37,937 bases of DNA from a virus (lineage: Duplodnaviria > Caudoviricetes). Every line of letters starts with the position of its first letter. Within the stretch, counting starts at the first letter, position 1. A model generated the notes under the pieces. The model was not told the DNA's origin. It saw only the letters and a program-made list of their open reading frames with translations, and did not search any database. The stretch spans positions 1 through 37,937 of IMG/VR virus record IMGVR_UViG_3300024232_000038. One strand, written 5' to 3'. Of the stretch, positions 1-7,763 are shown piece by piece. A program made the translations under genes and the position numbers.

Positions 1-1
1 C

Positions 2-1072
2 ACAGGGCTGCCTCGGATGGGCCGTGTGGACAGCGAGGCAATCGCCGCTGTCATCAACTCATACGGCTGGGAGAACGCGGTCAAGGGATTGGAGCAGCTG
101 GAAGGCAGCTTCGCCATCGCCGCAATCTCCGAGGATCATCCGGGTGAGTTGCTGCTGGCCAAGGGCGACTGGTCGCCGCTGGTCGTGGCGGTCAGGCCCA
201 GCTTCGTGATGTGGGCCAGCACGGTCGCTGCGCTGAACTACACGTGGAAAACCTGCATCGGCACGGTGCCCACGTGGAAGCACGTCGATCACATGGGCAT
301 CGGTGAGTACTACCGCATCACCGCCGATAACCAGATCGAGAAGGGCAAGTTCGAGGCGTACAAGCGGTACCGCACCAGCACGTATCGGTACACGGCTACC
401 GTGGACGACGAGGACTACGACAGTTGGTTCAACCCGGTCGAGCGCCGGGACACGTCCGAGGGCCGCATCTTCGTGTACTACAAGGACGGCCAGCGGTTCG
501 AGTACAACACGGAGACTCAGACGGAGGTGGTGACTGCGGGGGAAGCATGCGACCCACGCGAGCACCCCTTGCGGACGTGGGTTTCTGGCTTGATGGGACG
601 TGGTACCCAGCCACTCGCGCTGGCCGCAGGAGAGAAGCACGTCTGCTACGAGTGCGGATGGGACATTCCTGAGTCCCTGATGAAAGTGGACGAGCACTAC
701 TACTGCGACGACTGCCTCGATTGGATCACGTCCTTGGGCGAAGATCCCGACGAGGCCGACAGCACAGAGTTCCCGGTCATCGAGGGTGTGGCGACCGTGG
801 ACGAGCGGGAGCAGTCGGATCGTGTCGTAAGCTCGCACGCAGGCGACTCGATTCACGGCATCCCTGGCAGCCGCGTGGTATACAGCACGGACTCGCATGG
901 TGAGGTCGAGGTCAAGACCGACCCGGACGAGTTCGAGCGGTGCCCCGACTGCTTCGACTACTTCCTCATCACCGACATGGTGAAGGACAAGAACGAACTG
1001 ATCTGCAAGGCGTGTAACGAGATTGCGGGTCAGATGTCCAGCTACGGTGTTTCATGGAGGAGGAACGCATGA
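2..1072 (+). CDS. Class II (Ntn) glutamine amidotransferase-like protein, 5'-truncated, with acidic C-terminal extension carrying two CxxC..CxxC Zn ribbons
   Basis: Frame is open from the window edge (TGLPRMGRVDSEAI...). VDSE matches the GATase-II TDSE motif, followed by LEGSFAIA, LLLAKG..SPLVV and WAST. Catalytic N-terminal Cys lies outside the window. Zn ribbons start at 644 (CYEC..CDDC) and 941 (CPDC..CKAC). Confidence 0.75.
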   Translation, partial: TGLPRMGRVDSEAIAAVINSYGWENAVKGLEQLEGSFAIAAISEDHPGELLLAKGDWSPLVVAVRPSFVMWASTVAALNYTWKTCIGTVPTWKHVDHMGIGEYYRITADNQIEKGKFEAYKRYRTSTYRYTATVDDEDYDSWFNPVERRDTSEGRIFVYYKDGQRFEYNTETQTEVVTAGEACDPREHPLRTWVSGLMGRGTQPLALAAGEKHVCYECGWDIPESLMKVDEHYYCDDCLDWITSLGEDPDEADSTEFPVIEGVATVDEREQSDRVVSSHAGDSIHGIPGSRVVYSTDSHGEVEVKTDPDEFERCPDCFDYFLITDMVKDKNELICKACNEIAGQMSSYGVSWRRNA

Positions 1073-1479
1073 CGAGAGACAGACAGGCTGCAATCGACCG
1101 GGCGGTGGCTGCGTACCGCCGCCTGATCGTCGTCCGTGCCCCCAACACAGCCGCGGAGATGATCGCGGATCTGCTGGAATGGCACAAGCTGTACGTGGAC
1201 AAGGAGGTTGACGTCGCAGCGTTGCTCGAAACGGCAACACGCAGGGCCGCTGTTGCAGAAGCCGCGCGGGAGTCGGAATCCCGCATGGTTGCTGAGCAGC
1301 GGGAAATTCAGGAGCGGGCGGAGGTGGAGTTCGCGGAGGTTCCGATGCCCGCTGATCCCGCAGGAATGACCGACACGCTGAGCCGCATTCTGCGGAACAG
1401 CAACACGTGGGAGTCGTACCGTGACCAGCAGCCCCCGATCGTGACATTCGACGAGGTGACTGATGACGTCGAGTTCTGA
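1069..1479 (+). CDS. Hypothetical protein (helical/coiled-coil)
   Basis: ATG at 1069 overlaps the upstream TGA (ATGA) and follows a GGAGGAGG SD; preferred over the 1054 start. Confidence 0.7.
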   Translation: MTRDRQAAIDRAVAAYRRLIVVRAPNTAAEMIADLLEWHKLYVDKEVDVAALLETATRRAAVAEAARESESRMVAEQREIQERAEVEFAEVPMPADPAGMTDTLSRILRNSNTWESYRDQQPPIVTFDEVTDDVEF

Positions 1480-1597
1480 TCCGCGCCCGCAGTCGGGCTT
1501 CAGCGTAGGGGATCAGCTGCTCGGCAAGCTGGGCAAGGCAGGTTATGGCGCCCTCCTGGACGCCATGATGAAGCAGACCCGAAAGGAGAAGAAGTAG
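1463..1597 (+). CDS. 44-aa micro-ORF (MTSSSDPRPQSGFSVGDQLLGKLGKAGYGALLDAMMKQTRKEKK)
   Basis: Read by hand, not in the ORF track. GAGGTG SD before ATG 1463; its TAG overlaps the amidoligase GTG (TAGTG); fills the gap exactly. Confidence 0.6.
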   Translation: MTSSSDPRPQSGFSVGDQLLGKLGKAGYGALLDAMMKQTRKEKK

Positions 1598-2457
1598 TGG
1601 CAACAATCCCGAATACCCGCCGCAGGTTCGGCGTCGAAATCGAGTGTGTGTTCCCCGATGAGGCAGAGGGAATCAGGGAGGCGTTCGACCGGACGTTCCC
1701 TTCGACGGGTAGTTATCGCTCCACACGCACGGCGTGGGGCGTTCACCACGACAGCAGCCTGCCGTATGGCGGGCTGGAGTTCAGCAGCCCCCCGCTCAAC
1801 CAGCGGGGCGCACAGTCCTTCCGGCATCTGAAGGATGTCATGGACTGGATCAAGGGCAGGGGCGGGTACGTCACCGCCGCCTGCGGCATGCATGTCCACA
1901 TCGAGGCCAGCGACCTCACGAAGTACGAGCTTGCCCGCATGGCTCGGTCGTGGCACGCCAACCAGCACCACATCAACCAGCTGGTTGACATGTCCCGGCA
2001 CAACAACGGGTACTGCAACACGCTCTCGAACTACGAGATGGAGGCCATCGAGCGTGACCTCCGCAACCCTGCTATGAACACCCTGAACGGGTACGACCGT
2101 GGCGCGTTCAACCTCACGGCGCTGCGTGAGCACGGCACCATCGAGTTCCGGCAGCATCACGGGTGCGTGGACTTCGACGAGGCGGAGGGCTGGATCAGGT
2201 TCCTGCTCGGCTTCTTCCGCAACAACATCGAGCGCAAGAACCCCATGCCCCCATACAAGGAACTCAAGACGATCATCAACCGGGCCAAGCCCAGCAAGCG
2301 GGTCGTGCCCATCCTGAACATGAAGATCGAGAAGTCCCTGCGTGGCGAGGCCCTGCTTCAGCTGCGCCCGGATGCCCCCGCGTACGACAGCGAGTATGAC
2401 GAGGGCGACTACGGGTACGACGACGATGACGACTACTACGAGGACGATCCTTGGTAG
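1597..2457 (+). CDS. Amidoligase (COOH-NH2 ligase, Amidoligase_2-like) with acidic D/E/Y tail
   Basis: Motifs RRFGVEIE, W..HHDSSL, LEFSSPPL, CGMHVHI and HGTIEFRQH; AAGGAG SD. Confidence 0.88.
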   Translation: MATIPNTRRRFGVEIECVFPDEAEGIREAFDRTFPSTGSYRSTRTAWGVHHDSSLPYGGLEFSSPPLNQRGAQSFRHLKDVMDWIKGRGGYVTAACGMHVHIEASDLTKYELARMARSWHANQHHINQLVDMSRHNNGYCNTLSNYEMEAIERDLRNPAMNTLNGYDRGAFNLTALREHGTIEFRQHHGCVDFDEAEGWIRFLLGFFRNNIERKNPMPPYKELKTIINRAKPSKRVVPILNMKIEKSLRGEALLQLRPDAPAYDSEYDEGDYGYDDDDDYYEDDPW

Positions 2458-2774
2458 ACCTCGACGAAATCCGGTGGGCTGGTGCGTACTTCAGCGAGCA
2501 TGGCAGCCTGCTGGGGGGCTACAAGGGCCTCGTGTACTGCGTGATCGGGAAGAAGAACCCCGCACCGCTCATGCGGTTCCTCAACATCGTCAAGGTCGGG
2601 CGCGTCATCGGCCCGTACGAATCCAACCGCGGGATGAACTACTTCCGCTGCACCAAGGCGGATGAGGTAGCCGCGCTCAAGGAACAGCTGTGGGTGTGGC
2701 TCACCTCGGACAAGCAGAGTGAGTGGGCGGCGCTGGAACAGCTGACCACGACCGACGCTATACTAGGACACTAA
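2451..2774 (+). CDS. Single-motif LAGLIDADG-like protein with degenerate active-site motif
   Basis: EIRWAGAYFSEHGSL resembles (E)LAWAAGFFDGEGS; LMRFLNIVKVGRVIGPY and LWVWLTSDKQ resemble the downstream LAGLIDADG pattern. Confidence 0.55.
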   Translation: MVDLDEIRWAGAYFSEHGSLLGGYKGLVYCVIGKKNPAPLMRFLNIVKVGRVIGPYESNRGMNYFRCTKADEVAALKEQLWVWLTSDKQSEWAALEQLTTTDAILGH

Positions 2775-2905
2775 GACCCTAGTATCTCTACATCACCGGG
2801 TTCGAAGAACCCTAGGTGATGTTGAAAAGCCTTGACATATCTCTACATAGAGAGGGGCTTTTGGTATACAGCGACAGCGGTGCTTCACCCCCTCCGGGGG
2901 GTTCG
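2775..2905. promoter_or_regulatory. Structured, relatively AT-rich intergenic control region (candidate promoter, terminator or origin)
   Basis: Hairpin at 2790-2822; AAAAGCC/GGCTTTT arms at 2825-2862 enclosing TCTCTA-CA-TAGAGA; ACCCCC-TCCG-GGGGGT at 2887-2902. TATCTCTACAT repeated at 2783 and 2838. TTGACA at 2832 and TGGTATACA at 2862. Confidence 0.6.
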
Positions 2906-2922
2906 CCCGCAGAGAGGCAGCG

Positions 2923-3075
2923 ATGGACGCAGCAACGAAGGAGTGGCTGGAGCATCTGGAGAAGCTGATACTCGACGCGATCTTCGTGATCCAGCAGGAA
3001 CACAAGCACAGCCTGACCGAGCGCCTGCTCGGGGCTGCGGTAACGCAGTACAACGACCGAATGGAGAACCTGTAA
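2923..3075 (+). CDS. 50-aa hypothetical protein (MDAATKEWLEHLEKLILD...)
   Basis: Read by hand. AGAGAGG SD; TAA overlaps the next ATG (TAATG). Confidence 0.7.
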   Translation: MDAATKEWLEHLEKLILDAIFVIQQEHKHSLTERLLGAAVTQYNDRMENL

Positions 3076-3317
3076 TGCCCAAGAACAAGAAGCTACCCCC
3101 GGCTAAGGTGGCCCCGAAGGTCATCAGCCGGGACGTAGAAATACCGGATGGGCCGGGGTGGGACGGTACACCCCATGAGTTCATCACGGTCACGGTGTAC
3201 GAGGAATACACGCCGGAGATGGGACGCAGGCCAGCCAGCAAGGGCGGCTGGGGGCGATTCAGCGGCGTGGGCAATCAGGGCACAGCTGTACGCGGCGCCC
3301 CGGAGCCGGTGTCGTGA
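3075..3317 (+). CDS. 80-aa hypothetical protein (MPKNKKLPPAK...)
   Basis: C-terminal part of track ORF 2832..3317. ATG coupled to the upstream stop with GGAG SD; its TGA overlaps the next GTG (GTGA). Confidence 0.65.
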   Translation: MPKNKKLPPAKVAPKVISRDVEIPDGPGWDGTPHEFITVTVYEEYTPEMGRRPASKGGWGRFSGVGNQGTAVRGAPEPVS

Positions 3318-3799
3318 CCAACGACCAGCTTGAGCAGCTGTACGCGGCGCTGCCCAAGATCCTTCCCAACCACAGCCCGGACGAGCGCAGCGAGGCGTAC
3401 CTCACGGTGCTCACGATGGACAACATCTCACCCATGCGCAACCCCCTGCCCGCGCTGCTCATGGCGGCGGACAATGCACGCAAGAAGGGGTACAACCGCA
3501 CGAGGAACGAGGCCCCGGTCAGCCTGGAATGGCTGGCGATGGTGGCCGAGGACGAGGGCTGGGAGGACGACCGTGTGTTCCCGCCCGTGGACTACGAGGA
3601 CGTGGTGCTGCGCGAAGTCCTCAACAGCACGCTGGAACGGCTCGACGAGAACTCCGCACAGGCATGGATTCTCGTCGAAGGGCGGGGCCTCAGCCCCGCT
3701 GACTCGGCGGCGATCCTGGGCAGCGATCCCGAGACAGTGGCAACACTCGTCGAGGGCGTGAATGGCTTGCTTAGGGCATCGCTGGTAAGGAACTTGTAA
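3314..3799 (+). CDS. Divergent ECF/sigma-70-like factor (region-4 HTH)
   Basis: C-terminal LERLDENSAQAWILVEGRGLSPADSAAILGSDPETV fits sigma region 4; N-half only weakly region-2-like; size typical of ECF sigmas. Confidence 0.6.
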   Translation: MTNDQLEQLYAALPKILPNHSPDERSEAYLTVLTMDNISPMRNPLPALLMAADNARKKGYNRTRNEAPVSLEWLAMVAEDEGWEDDRVFPPVDYEDVVLREVLNSTLERLDENSAQAWILVEGRGLSPADSAAILGSDPETVATLVEGVNGLLRASLVRNL

Positions 3800-3873
3800 A
3801 GGTTTGTGATGTGCGGGCTGAGATTTGGCTTAACCATCCCAAACGAAAAAGAGTATAGAGAGGATGTTTTTCG
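3800..3873 (+). promoter_or_regulatory. AT-richer intergenic gap, candidate promoter and SD for the ATP-grasp/replication operon
   Basis: One of few non-coding gaps on this arm; contains CGAAAAAGAGTATAG and an AGAGGA SD. Confidence 0.35.
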
Positions 3874-4605
3874 ATGACCTACCTGCTGTACCATCCCCGC
3901 ACTCGTCCTGGTGGGCGAGCGATGGCCGAGGCTCTCGGCGTCGAGGCGGGCATCGGGCTGCGCGGTCGGACGCCGACCACGTTGATCCGATGGGGTTCCC
4001 AGCGCCCGGTCGAGTACGAACCGGAGCGGGTACTCAACCCTTCCCCCGCGCTCGCGCGAGCGAGTGATAAGCTACGGGCGTTCGAGGCGATGGACTTGGC
4101 CGGAGTGCCCGTCCCGTTCTACGGGACTGACCGTGAGGGGCTGCCCGCAGGGGCGGTCATCGGTCGGACGCGGCGTGGGTACGGAGGCGAAGGCATCGTC
4201 ATCTACGATACGGGCCTGGACGTGCCCGACACGCACGAGTTGTACGTCCAGTTCATCCCCGGCGAGCGGGAGTACCGCTTGCACGTGGTCGGGAGCGAGG
4301 TCATCCGCGCCCAGCAAAAGGTGCCTACCGACGAGGCGCATCCCATTCGGAACCACAAGAACGGGTACCGCTTCACAGGAGTTGTCAGTCGTAGGCTACA
4401 TTCAAACAGATACGAGGCGGCCATCGCGGCTGTCAACGCACTTGGCTTGGACTTCGGAGCCGTGGACTTGCTCATTGGGGAGGACGACCAGCCCTACGTG
4501 CTGGAAGTCAACACAGCCCCCGCTTGCTCGCCTCTCACGGCCCGAGTCTATGCCGAGGCACTCCAACGACACATAGGAGGCACCGAATGCAATGGCTCGG
4601 ACTAG
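3874..4605 (+). CDS. ATP-grasp ligase (RimK-like, phage type)
   Basis: ASDKLRAF, EYRLHVVG, IRNHKNGYRF, LGLDFGAVDLL and YVLEVNTAP (ExN motif). Confidence 0.9.
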   Translation: MTYLLYHPRTRPGGRAMAEALGVEAGIGLRGRTPTTLIRWGSQRPVEYEPERVLNPSPALARASDKLRAFEAMDLAGVPVPFYGTDREGLPAGAVIGRTRRGYGGEGIVIYDTGLDVPDTHELYVQFIPGEREYRLHVVGSEVIRAQQKVPTDEAHPIRNHKNGYRFTGVVSRRLHSNRYEAAIAAVNALGLDFGAVDLLIGEDDQPYVLEVNTAPACSPLTARVYAEALQRHIGGTECNGSD

Positions 4606-4688
4606 GGCTGTTCATCAGCCTGGGCCTGATCCTCTACGCGCTGTTTGCGATGGGGGTCGGGAAGTTCCTGCGCGGGCGACGTGGCTAG
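4587..4688 (+). CDS. 33-aa single-pass membrane peptide (MQWLGLGLFISLGLILYALFAMGVGKFLRGRRG)
   Basis: Read by hand. AGGAGG SD; hydrophobic stretch followed by a basic tail. Confidence 0.65.
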   Translation: MQWLGLGLFISLGLILYALFAMGVGKFLRGRRG

Positions 4689-4917
4689 GTTCTGGCACGT
4701 CGTGTTCCGTGCGACCATGACCCCTGCGCTCCCGCTGGGACGCATACAGGCGTGGGCCGCACGTGAGTTCCGCGCTACCACGCAAGGTCATCAGCTGCCG
4801 TGGAAACTCTTTGTGTTCCTAGTGTGGCTGTTCATTCGTCCCGTGTTCAGGCTGACGTTCGCCCTGGGCCGGTACGCTTGGCGAAAGGAGTTGGATGCCC
4901 GATTTGCTGCCACTTGA
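4681..4917 (+). CDS. Small membrane-associated hypothetical protein
   Basis: GTG at 4681 overlaps the previous ORF end; hydrophobic WKLFVFLVWLFI segment. Confidence 0.55.
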   Translation: MARFWHVVFRATMTPALPLGRIQAWAAREFRATTQGHQLPWKLFVFLVWLFIRPVFRLTFALGRYAWRKELDARFAAT

Positions 4918-5815
4918 TCTGACGGAGTTCATGTTCGAGGAACTTCAGAAGGCCAAGCGGCCACCCGACGGGCTGCTGCACGCGAGCAGCCACATCACAG
5001 GGTCGCTCAGGCACGCCCAGCTGGACGTCGCCAATGCGCCCAAGATCGAGAACGAGTTCATCAGTGAGATGCCGCTGCTGATCGGCACCCTCATGCACTC
5101 GTGGCTGCACGACAAGCTGCGGGAGCAGGGGGTTCACTACATGGCGGAGGTCAATGTCAACCCCGGCCTGCCAGCCGGGTGGGGCGGCACGGCTGACGCT
5201 GTGTTCTGGAACCCCGACTTGAAGCGCCACGTCCTTGTGGACTGGAAAACGCAGAAGGGCGAGGGCATGCGGTACATCGAGCGGGGCGGGGCCAAGAAGG
5301 AGCATGTGGCCCAGGCATCCGCGTACTACCACGCGCTAGCCAAGATGGGCTACAAGATGGCCCCGAAGCTGGCCGTGTTCTACATCCCGAAGAACGAGAC
5401 ACGGGGCCGTGATGACATCATCATGCCTATCCTGGCTGACTTCGAGCCTCTGCCCGAGAGCGAACTGTGGGCGGGGATGACGGAGCGCAAGCAGGCATGT
5501 GATGGCTACCTCGACTCCCTGCCCCCGAACAACCCGCACACGCTGGCCCCGGAGGACTACCTCACGGACGCGCTGGCCCCGGTGCAGGACAGGGAGCAGC
5601 GGATCTTCTTCGAGAAAGGCTCTGGCACGTGGACTGTGAAGCTGATGCCTCACTGGTCTGCGGCGTACTGTCCATACGATACGGAGTTGTGCGACTGCTC
5701 CGACCAGGGCCAGACCAAGGTGGGTGAGTTCGACGTGGACGGCGTGACGTACATCCCACGCAAGGGCTACGAGGGCATCACTCCCACCGTGTTCCCAGCG
5801 ATGCTGGAGGGCTAA
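4895..5815 (+). CDS. PD-(D/E)XK (Cas4/RecB-like) exonuclease
   Basis: GTLMHSWL, GTADAV, LVDWKT and QASAY motifs; C-terminal YCPY...C.C; adjacent to an annealase. Confidence 0.8.
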   Translation: MPDLLPLDLTEFMFEELQKAKRPPDGLLHASSHITGSLRHAQLDVANAPKIENEFISEMPLLIGTLMHSWLHDKLREQGVHYMAEVNVNPGLPAGWGGTADAVFWNPDLKRHVLVDWKTQKGEGMRYIERGGAKKEHVAQASAYYHALAKMGYKMAPKLAVFYIPKNETRGRDDIIMPILADFEPLPESELWAGMTERKQACDGYLDSLPPNNPHTLAPEDYLTDALAPVQDREQRIFFEKGSGTWTVKLMPHWSAAYCPYDTELCDCSDQGQTKVGEFDVDGVTYIPRKGYEGITPTVFPAMLEG

Positions 5816-6465
5816 TGACCGAACCGAATGACGCCGAGAGTTTCGTGTACGGCGCGACTGGCCCAGCCGGGCCGGTGCAGACGCAACTCGAACGGCTAGC
5901 TGCTGAGTTCCCCGCAGAGGCATATCAGTCACGCCGAGGGGCAGCAGGCGGGCCGGAGTTGACGTACATCTCCATCGACCAGACCATCAAACGGCTCAAC
6001 GACGTGCTCGGCCCCGGCTGGGACACGCGGGCGATCAGCACCATCACGCCGGAGGCTGGCCGAAACGGAGGCACGACCTACCTGGCGGTGTGCGAACTGC
6101 ACATGGACGCCAACGTAGACGGCACGACCAAGACCGCGTACGGAGTGGGGGCGATGAAGAACCCCGACCCGGACATGGCACTCAAGTCCGCTCTCGCAGA
6201 GGCCATCAAGAAAGCCGGGCACCAGCTTGGCATCGGCCTGCACCTGTGGGACAAGGACACGAGAGAGCGCATCGAACGGAAGATGGACCTGGCCAAGGCG
6301 TCGGACGCGAAGCTGAAGGCAGCCGTGTACCAGATCGCCAGGGACAGGCTCGACAAGACCAAGCCCACGGCGGCTGAGGTCGCCAAGCTGTTCGGCAAGA
6401 CCACGCAGGAGATGGTCGAGCCGGACGTCAACCGGGAAATCCTCAAGGCCGAGGGGCTGCTCTAG
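5815..6465 (+). CDS. Rad52/Rad22-family (Sak-like) ssDNA annealing protein
   Basis: LTYISIDQTIKRLNDVLGPGW and ALKSALAEAIKKAGHQLGIGLHLW. Confidence 0.85.
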   Translation: MTEPNDAESFVYGATGPAGPVQTQLERLAAEFPAEAYQSRRGAAGGPELTYISIDQTIKRLNDVLGPGWDTRAISTITPEAGRNGGTTYLAVCELHMDANVDGTTKTAYGVGAMKNPDPDMALKSALAEAIKKAGHQLGIGLHLWDKDTRERIERKMDLAKASDAKLKAAVYQIARDRLDKTKPTAAEVAKLFGKTTQEMVEPDVNREILKAEGLL

Positions 6466-6466
6466 C

Positions 6467-6649
6467 ATGGTGCCCGCAGCCCTCATGGATCAGGTCATGA
6501 CCATCTTCTGCTTCAGCAAGGAGGATGACCGTGACCACTTGCGCGACGAGTTACTCGACGTGCTTGCCCCATGGTGGGCTGCGATGGAGGCCATGGTATT
6601 GCTAGCCGCGGAGGAAGGACTACCGGATGCCGCGTCTTTCGAGATATAA
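6467..6649 (+). CDS. Hypothetical protein, 60 aa
   Basis: Fills the gap between annealase and polymerase; GAGGGG SD upstream. Confidence 0.55.
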   Translation: MVPAALMDQVMTIFCFSKEDDRDHLRDELLDVLAPWWAAMEAMVLLAAEEGLPDAASFEI

Positions 6650-7763
6650 GTGGACGGCCTGGGCTGACCATGCCTACACTCAGGTGTGGGAGGATCAGCC
6701 CAGCATCATCGCAATCGACACGGAGACAAGCAATGTCAACTACTACGACGAAGCGTTCTGCGTCACGCTCACGTGGCGAACGCAGGACGGCACGCTCCGC
6801 AGCGCCTACATCGACGTCGAGGGGCAAGACCAGCCTGCGCATGAAGTGGCGCATCGCCGGGACCTCGTTACTCGGGCGCTGGCAGCTGTTCCCACGTGGG
6901 TGTTCCACAACGCCAAGTTCGACCTCCAGAAGCTAGCCCTTGCGGGCCTGCTGCCGGAGGATTGGCGGGAGCACACGATCCACGACACGCAGCTGATCTT
7001 TCACCTGATGGACGAGAACGGACGCAAGGGCCTGAAGGCCCTGGCCGTAAGTGTCCTCAAGGAGACGGACACGGTGAGCGTGGAAATCAAGTCCGGCAAA
7101 AACAAGGGCAAGTTCCGCCAGGTACCCCGCGAACTGCACGAGTTGCGGGCCGTGCGGAAGAAGCTGGGCCTCAAGGCCAGCGATGGGTACTTCCACCTGC
7201 CGAGGCAGGTGATCGTGCCCTACGCGATGAAGGACACCGAATACACCTTGCGCCTGTGGGAGACACTGTGGCCCACGTTCGAGCGCAAGGCCGCCCAAGA
7301 CCCCGCCCTACAACGGCTGTACCACGATGAGTGCGAGCTAACGCTGGCGCTTCTTGACATGGAGGCCCGGGGGCTGGGGGTGGACGTGGAGTACCTGGAC
7401 GCTACAGTAGCGGAGTACAGCGTGCGGGTCATGGAGAAGCTGACTGAGGCCGTGGAGCTATCGGGCAACAAAGACCTGAACCCCGGCTCACCGAAGCAGA
7501 TCCACGAAGCGTTCGCCAAGATGGGCGAGGACGTGGACGGCACCGCAGTCGCAGCCTTGCAGGGGGTAGTTCACGGCTCCAAGAACGCCAAGGCTCGGGA
7601 GTTTGCCCAGGCCATCCTGGACTTCCGTTCCGACGCCAAGGTCTACGTGACGTACCTCAAGGCCCTACAATCCGAGCAGAGAGAAGGGATATGGCACCCG
7701 AACTTCAACCCGGTACTCCCCAAGACGGGACGGATGAGCAGCGGGACAGCCTCGAACAAATAG
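6627..7763 (+). CDS. polA: DNA polymerase A, N-terminal subunit (3'-5' exonuclease + thumb)
   Basis: ExoI DTET, ExoII HNAKFD, ExoIII YAMKD; MEARGLGVD, LNPGSPKQI, HPNFNP..KTGRMSS; then stop. Confidence 0.9.
   Translation: MPRLSRYKWTAWADHAYTQVWEDQPSIIAIDTETSNVNYYDEAFCVTLTWRTQDGTLRSAYIDVEGQDQPAHEVAHRRDLVTRALAAVPTWVFHNAKFDLQKLALAGLLPEDWREHTIHDTQLIFHLMDENGRKGLKALAVSVLKETDTVSVEIKSGKNKGKFRQVPRELHELRAVRKKLGLKASDGYFHLPRQVIVPYAMKDTEYTLRLWETLWPTFERKAAQDPALQRLYHDECELTLALLDMEARGLGVDVEYLDATVAEYSVRVMEKLTEAVELSGNKDLNPGSPKQIHEAFAKMGEDVDGTAVAALQGVVHGSKNAKAREFAQAILDFRSDAKVYVTYLKALQSEQREGIWHPNFNPVLPKTGRMSSGTASNK

Noticed and set aside
2775-2860. Mini CRISPR array or tRNA
   Set aside because: Repeats are only 7-11 bp in two copies, there is no cloverleaf or T-loop consensus, and the Cas4-like gene is explained by the recombination module.
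2832-2870. Canonical sigma-70 promoter from TTGACA
   Set aside because: No -10 hexamer at 16-19 nt spacing; the nearest candidate is 27 nt away. Kept only as part of the structured-region finding.
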